Source of the DNA: Phoronis australis
Lineage: Eukaryota; Animalia; Phoronida
Reading direction: 5' to 3'
Length of the DNA: 64,000 nucleotides
Assembly (NCBI GenBank): GCA_002633005.1
Contig: NMRA01000083.1
Coordinates: 260,896 to 324,895, forward strand
Shown here: piece after piece, positions 28,701 through 37,846 of the stretch
Position numbering within the stretch: the stretch's first letter is position 1
Layout: every line of letters begins with the position of its first letter
Translations under genes and position numbers: made by a program
Notes under the pieces: model-generated
What the model was told of the DNA's origin: nothing
The model's database searches: none
Seen by the model: only the letters and a program-made list of their open reading frames with translations

Positions 28701-31700
28701 TCACGTGACAACAACATGTGTGTTCATCCAGAGATTTTTCTCTTGTTGTGGAGTACGATGTAGCGCACATTTGGACTTAATCGCAATTAATCTGGACTCC
28801 ACATGAACTTTAAAAATTGTAAAACATCAGGAAGATTTCAGGTAATTTGTTGAGTCGAAACTATATTTTTATTCAAGAGTACAAGTTTTCCTATTGACGA
28901 TGGCGATTCAGCGGCGACGCATCAGTCGGCAAGTTTTCGCCCTGTGATGAGCACAATTTTTTGAAAAATTATCGTAATTTAACAACGGAAGTTGATAGCA
29001 ATGCACCACAATTTTGTAGATAGGCTATCATAGGCTACAAATACGTCACAGAGCGTAAATTTGATGAATCCTAGCTTCCGATTTTACCCGTTTGGGAAAC
29101 CGGGTTTCAACTGCCGTAGGCTCACTACAATAAGCGTCCCCTCCCCGTGAAATGAATTTTTCTAAGCGTTTATTTGAGCCAATACAGTATACAGCTTTCC
29201 ACCAAGGCTAGGTGATGCAAGACATTATTCTTTGTTGCATTATAGTAACTGGTCTTGGCTAATTATCATTTTATGGCCTGGTCATCCATTCAGCCCAAAG
29301 TAGTTCCAGAGGTGGCTTATCAGCCAATTATTCACGCATGCCGACTCACAATAGAAGCCTGATAAGAGTGAAGGTGGATAAATGCGGTGTTCCTACAGTT
29401 TCTTGTTTTAGTGGATGTGTTCACGACATGTAGCTGTGTTTTTGACACATCGAGTTTTTCAGCAAAAAAGATCGTTTTTACAGTTCACGAGATATTGACG
29501 AAATTTCCAAGAGGTTTTGCCCGTGTCATAAACCTGAGACTCTTGTAGGATTCTCTATTCATCTGTCTGAGACTGCCTTAATCTTGTTTTTTTTACCGTT
29601 AGTCTTACGCAATGCTAATTAGTTCAAGGTGAAGTGGCAAACTGCAAATTTGCGATGTGGAGAATTTCTCGCTTACACTAGTTACCACTGAGACTCCCTT
29701 TGCCCTCAGACAACTTTTATAATGCCTATTCAGCACGCCCTTTGTATTCATATGTAGCTCTAAGCTACTGGAGTGGAATGGTAATAGTTAGCACTACTTT
29801 ATCAATGGTGGTAGTTGTTACATCGAAATTGGTTTTCTCTGGCATTTGCACAAATTTCAATGAATCTTGATGCACAGGAATGTGTCGGCACTAATCTTTT
29901 TTTTGCATTTTAGGCTACACATTTTATTTCCGAGCTGGAATCTGTCATGTTTTTCATTGGTTTTGGATAACAGTACCCATGCACTTACCACTGCACGATC
30001 AGAGGGACTAGGCTTAATTATGTATACCACTGCCCAATAGAGCATTTATTGATGGATACAGGTAATGAGCCTAAATCTGGTCATTTACAACGGGTATGCT
30101 ACAAGTGGACTTTCTGTGCTAACATTGATTGTCATTTCTATTTTCTGTAATGTATATATCAGGAAGGGCCTAATACAGGTGAAAATTCAAGCCAAAACCC
30201 AATTAACTTTGTGAACTCGGCCCACCAAGTTTCAATATTACCCTATTCCCTGCCAACATAATAGAGCCAGCTGGCTGGGCTGCCAATAGTCAACAGGCAC
30301 ATAGTTTTAGGACAAAGGATTACATAGGTGACCAAGTATCCTAAATTCACTGGGCTATAGTGTTTTCATTAGAAAACTCCAATCCTCAGGTATTCATTAT
30401 GATCCTGTCAATTTTTCTTGTACTGGGTTCCTCACGTAAATAATCATAAGGCCAGTGTTAAGGTAGAAGTTGTAAGAAGCCAGTTTTTGTAGCGCAAAAT
30501 GTGTTCATACCCTCAAATTATGTGTCAAGGGATATTCACTAATCCCTGATTGGTTTTTAGCATTGCTATGTTTTTGAGGTGTTTAATTTAACTTTAGCCG
30601 TATGCAGGGTTATTGAAAATCATTGTTTTGGTTCTTGTATTGTTGTGGAACCCTTTATTTTGACTTTTTATATCATGTCCTTATGTTATACACACGATAT
30701 GGTATGATCTGACCCATTTGTTACTTGGTATTGTAGATAAGTGAAAGTTTAATTTCACGTTCTTTCATAAAACTTGAGTAGCATCTAATGATTTGTCTTT
30801 GAGCTTTGTACCATGAGCTACCATGATGTTATAATGTTTTGATAAATTTTGTTCGTTCATAGCAATGTTAGAAGCTCTGGAATATAAAAACTGTTGGCTA
30901 GAATTGGTGAGTTTTTATCATAATATCATGGACCATTAGTGGAATTCCTTGATTGCTAATGCTCCAGAAGATGATGGGGTGCTTTATATCGGTTTGAAAT
31001 TTGAGACTTCTGATATTGATGTTTTTGCTCCATGTGACTTGACATTACAACTCGACAGCTTGACTCATATTCTAGGAAATTATCTCAGTATTTGTCTTGT
31101 TTTGGGCACGTCAATTTCTCAAACATGTTATATTTCACAAATATAGTCCTTGTGATCTCCGCACCCATCATCATTCCACTTGAACCCTTCCCATATTTCC
31201 ACGCAGTCTTCTCCACCCCTGTTGTCTGGTTGTCCTAAAAAGTTAATGCCATGTAAAGGTTAGCTTTTTCAGAGTACCGGCCAGGAATAATCAATATTCT
31301 TGGTTTTATTTCAAGCTTTAAAAAGTTAGAAATAAAAATATGCTTGCTAGATTCAACTTTGAAGTGGCTGTAAACCTACTTTTTGTCTGAGAACCGAACT
31401 TTTGATTAAGACCACTTTTCACTATAAAATTTATCTCAACTTGTTCCTTACAAAGATGAGAATTAGTGACTTGGATTTGCAAAGAACGATACACTCCAGT
31501 TCGTCATGCCTTTTAGAACATGCTATGCGCATAAATGACCTGCCCTGACAGTCTGGGTAGAGTTTCGTAGACACAAGAATCTCGCCACAAAAGCTAGTAG
31601 GATTACATGCTTGGTTTTGTAATACATTGTGATATCTTGCTAAGTCTTACATTTTTAATTCTTGCTTTTTTGTGAAATTCTCATCCCCATGGAACGCACT

Positions 31701-34700
31701 CCTGGTCTCATGCCATGTGTCAGTGCTTTTGGAGCCCTGAAATTACCTATTATTTGACTAAGGAATAGTTTGACATCTGTCTCATGATGGTAAATCTAAA
31801 TAAAACGTTTTTGGTGATAGAAAGCAGATTTACAGCCACTTTATATTCCAACTCTGAATCCCTTTCTGAGATCTCACCTTTGTTCCAGTTGGTGTAAGTG
31901 AATGTTTTCCCCGTCGACTCCCATATCCAGTGCCCTTCTCTATTTTTGTCGTGACCACCAATCCAGAATTCTATGTCATCTCTGCGGAAGATTCCCTGGT
32001 TGTCTAGGGTGTGCTTTATCAGATTTTCAATGAACATCTGCTCTTCTTGTGTTTCTATGGAAACGAGATGGCCACCGTCTTCATGACACAGCTGCATTGC
32101 CAGATTCCAGGAAGATGAAGACCTGACAACTTTGTAGCAGGAATCGTTGAACAGAGTATAGTCGAGTGGACATTTGTTCTTAACCATGGACTGAACAGAT
32201 GTGCTCACAGATTGGATGGATTTTTGATTCTTCAACAATTGGATGTTCATCTGGTTTAGATCAGTTTTGACCTCAGCAACTTGTTTCTGCAACGTCTGTT
32301 GCTCCTGCCGAAACATCGTGTCTTGGCTTAACATCTTCGTTAGAAGTTGTTCCCTCTGGAGACTGATCTTGCCTTCAATGACCAACAGAGTCATTTTGAT
32401 GGCTTTCAACATGTCTACCATTTCGTCTGTTTTGCATGGGCATGTGTTGTTAGTTAGCCCCACATTGGGAAAAACTGGCGTCGGTAAACTTGGATAAAGA
32501 ATACACAGAAACAGAATTAGAGTGTACGGACCCGTCATGTTGTTTCAACTAGTAATGATGTGTTTCTGCCTAGTTTTTATACTGGAAGATTAGTCCTGAC
32601 TCAGTTCTGAGGGACCGTTGTTATCAAAAGCTGTATGTTCATCTCCAATTTGTCCCCGCCAAACTCTGTGTGTGTGAAATGAAAACATTGTAATTATTGT
32701 TAATTTGGCGGTTGCACCATAATCAGCCTCTTTACTATTCTTAGCCATTTCATATACTGGTTGCCAGCATTTTCGCATTGGCCCATGATTGTCCTAATGT
32801 CCGGATATAACGATTCTATGACACGACGACAAAACTTTAAAATGTGTAGTGGAACAAAAACATAAACAGTGCCACTAATGGAGTTTAGTTCACGGTGCTG
32901 ATATATAACATCTCCATTGGAAATTATTGTTGAAACATATTAATGTCAAGCATTAGTGTCCGTCTTGAGTTGGTTTCAAGCTGTTGGACTCTTTACTTGC
33001 TCACAGAGCCCACCACTGGAAGCTTCAATACCAACCATTCAAACACTGGACTGATCACATGAAGGTTTTACCAATCTCCTCAGTTTCTTTCATTTTTATG
33101 CTCTCATGTGCATTTGCCCGAGACCTCAATCCAGGAGTTTGTCTATAATTGATTTTCTTTTCGGATTTGATCAGACAGCGATGTTATGTACTTAATAACA
33201 TGAATGATCAAAGTTTTTAGCAGGCGTGGCTATTTACAAGTTGTTAGGCGCATGTGTGGGCATATGTCAATGCCTTGAATTGTTATATTTGTTATAAATA
33301 GGTAAATAAAACAACGAGAATGGATCAACTAAAATTTTTGGATGTAATAACGTTCTTTGTCAACAGAAACAGAAATAAATAATTGTGATATTTGTGGATT
33401 TGACTAATGCTGCTTTCTGTCAGAGATCTGAGAATGTTTTTATCCTGTTTTTTTAGGTAAAAATCTTCAAACTTGTGCTGATAGTCTTATGCAGTGCCAT
33501 TTAATTAAACCTGAGGTTGCAAAATGCAAATTTGAATAAATCAAGTTAGAATCAGTGAATCTTCAGGTTGAAACAATCCATGAACTTTGCACAATCCATG
33601 GTATTATCATGTGTAATTAAGTATGCTAGGTCACCAAAGCAATAAAGTGCCCTCCGGCTCCCCAAAGCAATGTTTTTCAAAGATGATGCTTTGTGGGTTT
33701 TAAGTTAATTATACATTCTGATAGAGAGTTGATTTTACCAAGATAAGTATAGGTCAGTGAAAGGTAGTGAGATCATGTCAAAGCTGCACTAAATTCCAAT
33801 ATTATAAACTTCTCAAACTTGTGATGTGTTTGAGCCTCAGTGAGCATGGCTCTGGGGCGTTTTGCTTTCAGTGACTTAAACCACTTGGTGTTTTTTCACA
33901 CCCAAGCAATAGAAAATCGCACCCAATGTCCTTATTTATGAGCCAAAATGTTTCCATCCTCCCTTCCTAAAAGTAGTACATAGTACCCTCATTAATGTTT
34001 TTGTTTTTTCGTGTTTCATCAGGCTCAAGCTGATCTCGAGGCAAAACTTGTTCAAGAAGGAAAGGATCGCGTGGAGGAGAAGGAACGTTTACGTCGAGAA
34101 GAAGAGGAAAGGCGTAAAGTAGAAGAAGAGAGGTTACGGGCAGAGGAAGAGAAGAGGCGAGCAGATGAGGAACAGAGGAAAAAGGAAGAGTTGGAGAAGG
34201 AAGAATTGCAGAAACAGGAACTGGAGAGAGCTAGGAAGGTAGAGTGTTGTCAGGAGAGACTGGTTTGAAGGATTATCTCCTACTTAGTTATACATATCAG
34301 CTGAGGGAGCTAGGAAGGTAGGATGCTGTCAGGAGAGACTGTTTGGGAGGATTATCTCCTTAGTTATGCATATCAACTGAGGGAGCTAGGAAGGTAGGAT
34401 GCTGTCAGGAGAGACTGTTTGGGAGGATTATCTCCTACTTATTTATACATATCAGCTGAGGGAGCTAGGAAGGTAGGATGTTGTCAGGAGAGACTGTTTG
34501 GGAGGATTATCTCCTACTTAGTTATACATATCAGCTGAGGGAGCTAGGAAGGTAGGATGCTGTCAGGAGAGACTGGTTTGAAGGATTATCTTCTACTTAG
34601 TTATACATATCTGCTGAGGGAGCTAGGAAGGTAGGATGCTGTCAGGAGAGACTGTTTGGGAGGATTATCTCCCACTGACACATATCAACTGCCGATAAGT

Positions 34701-37700
34701 TTTTACACAATACTTATGCCGTTTTGGACACTTTTTGTAATGCTATGATGCATTGCTCATAAATATTGTCAATCATCGTTATAGTTGCAAAGATACAGTT
34801 TCTGTAGCTTACCTGAAACCTGCCGCTGGAATGACAACTTAATGTGAAGGTTTCAGTATAGAGATGATATGCATCCTGATCAATGCACAGCTCTGCTATT
34901 ATTACTATAGTAAAATAGTTGATATGTGTCTGTACACTAGGAATGCCAGCGTGTACATCAAAAATTGATTCCAAGTTGTGGTTCTGAGTTTGTCTCGTGA
35001 ATTTGGAGTCTTGATGGTGTTCAGTGTTGTTTTAGCACTTATACCCATTAGTGGAGCCAGATGGAGCCAGCAATATTTCTGCCTGTGTTTTGTCTTACAA
35101 CTTAATGTCATTCAGTGGTTAATTTTTTAGAAAATTGGGTGACTAAATGTGCAGTTATTATTGTTCGTACATACATGGTCTTATTGTTCATTTTGTAGTC
35201 GTTCATATTGAAATTATAGACACATGGTGAACAGAGACACCTGGTGGCTGCCAAAAGTATTGCTCACAGGCTACTTTAGTTTTTGACAATATTGGACAAG
35301 ACAACTAGTCAATCGTCTAAGTTCTTAACAGGTCCTCCTGGAGGCAATTTGTTTGCAAGAGTTGGATTTTATATTTTAACCTATTAAAAATAATTAAAAA
35401 ATTATGGGTCATGGGTTGGAGAAATAAATGAAAAATATGGGCGGTGGGTACGAAATAAAAGTGCCTTCCCCCCCTCCCATACTGATTTTGCTGGAACAGC
35501 CCTTAGTGACATCAGCATTTGTTCTCTGCATCTGTTGTGCCACCTTAGGAAATTACATGCCATGAGAATATGGTTTACAGACCTTGCTACACCAAGACTA
35601 TCTTAGGTGCCTTACCCCAGCCAAGCAGCAAGTCAAGCCTGTTCTTGAAAACAAACCCAAGTTAATTGAGCGTGTAAATCTTTGTTAGAAAGTTGTGATC
35701 CTGCAATTATTTCCATCAGATTAAACTTATTGCATTGGAAACACAAAGAGTATGGTAATGCACTGTCTGCATGTGATCTGGGTGAGTGGGTGTCATTTGT
35801 AAATGCAACTTTTAAGTCAGGGTAGAATTGGAATGTTGGGAGTATCCTTTTTCAAAATGTCGGCATGAAGCAATTTTTGAGTGTGACCTAATAGGTCTGA
35901 AAGTTTTAAAGTTTGTTTCTTCCGCCAAATAATAATCAAATTTCTTTTCATCAGGCTCATGAAGAGCTTCAGGCAAAGCTTGATGAAGAGGCTCGGCTGA
36001 GAGCTGAGGAACAAGAAGTTCAGCGGAAGATGGAGGAAGAAATGAGACAGAAGCAGCTGGAGTTAGAAGCTCGTGTCCAACAGGAGGCAGAACTGAGGGA
36101 GGCGGAGCAGCAGCGCCTTAAAGAGCTGGAGGAACTGAACAAGAAACTGGAGGAATTGTTGGAAATGGAACGACAAGCTAAGAAGGATGAAGAGATTGTC
36201 AGAGCTCTCCAATCGAGGTGTCATAGTTGTTCTTATGCTTATAGTCATGATAGCCACTTTGCAAGCAAGATTGCACTAAGTTTTAATAATACCTTGGGCA
36301 AGGTTGAGACAGAACTTGAACCAACAGTGAATTACGCTCATGAATTAAGACCAGCAGTGACGGACATCTATGGGCTTATTAAGCTGCCTCAAGTGATTGC
36401 TGAGCTTACTGCTCACTTCAAGACGTGAACTAGCAAATGAACTAGGACGTGGCACATTCATTGAATTGTTGTTGTAGTTTCGCGCCTTGATGTGAGCTAT
36501 GAGTTCAGCTATTGTTCACTTGAGGCAGTGAGCAGTGGTGGTAGCTGTCCGTCTCCGCTGACCCATAGGTGTTCAAATTTGTGATGTTAGTCCTGTTACT
36601 GTAAGTATACCAGTTGACTGGTAGCAACTGACTTGCTTTGGGCTAAAGTTTGTTCACCAATTTGTGTGTGTGCGTGCGTGCGTGACGTTGATTCGTCAAG
36701 CCAAAACAGCAAATTTGAGAGTTTTTCATTAATTTGATACCAGCATGCTTACCATCACCTTACCATTTTTTGTTTTGCTAAGGCTTCTTGAGGAAGAGTT
36801 TGCCAAAAGAGAGGAGTTAGAACGCCTTAAAGAACAACAGGATGAAGTTCTGGAGAGGGAACGTCAAGAAAAGGACAATCTTGCTACACGGTATCAGAAC
36901 TTATCAGTTGAGAAAGAGTTACTAGCTGAGGAGAAGCAGACGTTAGCCATGGAGAAGAGTGAAAAGGAGCGTATACTGGCTGAAGAGAAAGAGAGATTAG
37001 AGAAGTTGGAGGAGGAGAGAAGGGCTGCTGATGCTCAGTTGAAGGTATGTTGAGGATGAGATATAGTCGAGAGATCCAGAATAAGTGACTTTATGGTCGT
37101 ATTCAAGGGATTCAGTTGATGCTCACTTGTATGTTGCTTGGTGGTCGCTAATCACAGACCCTGAATGAGGCATATAATCTATGTAGCCTGTGACTTTACT
37201 CTAGGCTCCGTCCACTACAAAATTGATGAATCTTGTGCTGCAATTCAAGTAATTTTTCACTTCCTCTTGATGTGATTGTTCAACTTCAAGTAGAGTTTCG
37301 GGTAAAGTTTGGTGGTCGTATGCCTTGGTCAAGCGATTTATGAGGTCTCTTGCCTGGCGTTTGGCTGGTGGGCGCTTATTACAAATCCTGAATGAGGCAC
37401 ATGGTCATTAAAAAGTCCAGTGATTTAGAAGTGATTTGGAAGGTTTTCTATTCAGCTTCTGTCTTTTATCAAACAGTCAATGTGAATCTATTTTGATTGA
37501 TCAGAATATCATTTCTGTTGTTGTTTGTGTACAGGAGGCACTTGGCAAACTGGAACAGGCAGAACGGCTGAGACAAGAACTGCAGGCGAGGAAACGGGAA
37601 CGCGAAAAGCCCATAGGATTAGCGAGACCCATTCTGCCGAAACCCAACCCATTCCTCACTCACCGCGGCCTGGGAGCATTCACCGAGGCAGAATTTGAAA

Positions 37701-37846
37701 TGCGCAAACAAAAGTCACAAGAGTCACTCGGAGCAGAAACCTTGGCTGAGGTCAACGACAAACTTGATGATGCTCAAATCTCAAACAGAAGTCAAGTGAC
37801 AAGCAATGATCAAGGAAGTGAGGAGGATGAAGTTATAGCTGTTTAG
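10721..37846 (+). CDS. SWAP70: SWAP70/DEF6-family protein (N-terminal region, PH domain, long coiled coil); 8 coding exons located, first exon missing
   Basis: Phase-consistent GT-AG exons: 10721-11266 (VLTFNTACTLG...LWMMFNFLAE...DIIKK), 17666-17812 (GTLSKKGHLVKNVNERWFVL...ELKGEI, PH domain), 20382-20493 (...DLRHKNEWVA), 22268-22437 (AIQAAI...), 34023-34238, 35955-36217 (...ERQAKKDEEIVRALQS), 36783-37044 (RLLEEEFAKREELERLK), 37535-37846 (stop TAG). Motifs match recalled SWAP70/DEF6 sequences; SWAP70 versus DEF6 orthology cannot be resolved here. Confidence 0.85.
12577..13277. mobile_element. Probable MITE or DNA-transposon remnant with reiterated CACTTAACTTC...GAAGTTA motifs
   Basis: Starts ggcctttcccactg. 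Repeated ttaacttc/gaagttaa motifs occur at both ends. Confidence 0.4.
13288..13535 (+). repeat. Interspersed repeat of about 250 bp (other copies at about 17355-17570, 26570-27030 and 40180-40395)
   Basis: Copies share variants of catgggt..tgttcacacgcaat, gtgaaccc, aactaaacacagcttaacaa and ttgttttatt...aatagcc. Confidence 0.65.
14545..15378 (+). mobile_element. Decayed 3' end of an L2/CR1-group LINE
   Basis: Frameshifted translation gives IGVLK...TLYHSIIQPHIDYC.PVW...KVQVILNRAARAILG, typical of the post-RT region. It is followed by a T-rich 3' UTR, a gggccctcttggaaagcag...gtcaccc tail and an A-run. Confidence 0.75.
16333..16736. mobile_element. Palindromic MITE (AGGGCC...GGCCCT termini)
   Basis: agggcctggaatctaatc...caaaatgaacttgaaatta pairs with taatttcgagttccattttg...gattagaacccgggccct. 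Confidence 0.6.
22045..22200 (+). mobile_element. Degenerate tRNA-derived SINE
   Basis: A-box-like tggtggtttgagc and B-box-like gggatcgaaccc at tRNA-like spacing, followed by a non-tRNA body. Confidence 0.4.
24114..25952 (-). CDS. Secreted C-type lectin, copy A (signal peptide, CPC motif, coiled-coil neck, CTLD with QPD/WND), about 261 aa
   Basis: Exon 1 25952-25277 (MAGQYTLVLFLCIL...CPLDYTLFKDSCY...LVSIETQEEQ...FWIGGHD...FTNWYR, donor GTGAGA). Exon 2 24223-24114 (GQPDNYRGGEDCAEIWEGFKWNDDICGDNQHYICEI*). Phases match and all CTLD cysteines are present. Confidence 0.93.
25965..25998 (-). promoter_or_regulatory. Core promoter of lectin A: TATAAAA box plus Inr-like TCAGT
   Basis: The minus strand reads ctgTATAAAAactgg...cacaTCAGTgccagttgtaacaacATG. 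TATA lies about 25 nt upstream of the Inr, and the same layout occurs in copy B. Confidence 0.6.
26695..26899. mobile_element. Small MITE inserted into the interspersed-repeat copy at 26570-27030
   Basis: TIRs ttggg..ctgatcacatgggaccgg / ccggtctcacgtgaccagtcaccaa. Confidence 0.5.
28640..29187 (-). mobile_element. Diverged partial inverted copy of the 4633-6032 transposon
   Basis: Shares gacgaccttcaaaacaaacgtcacgtgacaacaac and cagagcgtaaatttgatgaatc with the other copies, and ends in aatacag+TA. Confidence 0.75.
31128..32538 (-). CDS. Secreted C-type lectin, copy B (paralog of 24114-25952), about 255 aa
   Basis: Exon 1 32538-31878 (MTGPYTLILFLCIL...CPLDYTLFNDSCY...FWIGGHD...YTNWNK, donor GTGAGA). 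Exon 2 31234-31128 (GQPDNRGGEDCVEIWEGFKWNDDGCGDHKDYICEI*). Confidence 0.93.
32551..32585 (-). promoter_or_regulatory. Core promoter of lectin B: TATAAAA box plus Inr-like TCATT
   Basis: The minus strand reads cagTATAAAAactagg...cacaTCATTactagttgaaacaacATG, homologous to copy A. Confidence 0.6.
34225..34691 (+). repeat. 79-bp minisatellite, about 6 copies, overlapping a SWAP70 exon end and its donor site
   Basis: CTAGGAAGGTAG recurs at 34231, 34310, 34386, 34465, 34544 and 34623. Confidence 0.95.
36368..36569. repeat. Long imperfect inverted repeat (MITE-like) in a SWAP70 intron
   Basis: ctgcctcaagtga...gctcacttcaagacgtgaacta pairs with tagtttcgcgccttgatgtgagc...tcacttgaggcag. Confidence 0.55.

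Noticed and set aside
34225-34691. Regularly spaced repeats resembling a CRISPR array
   Set aside because: Whole 79-bp units are repeated with no unique spacers, there are no cas genes, and the context is a eukaryotic intron.
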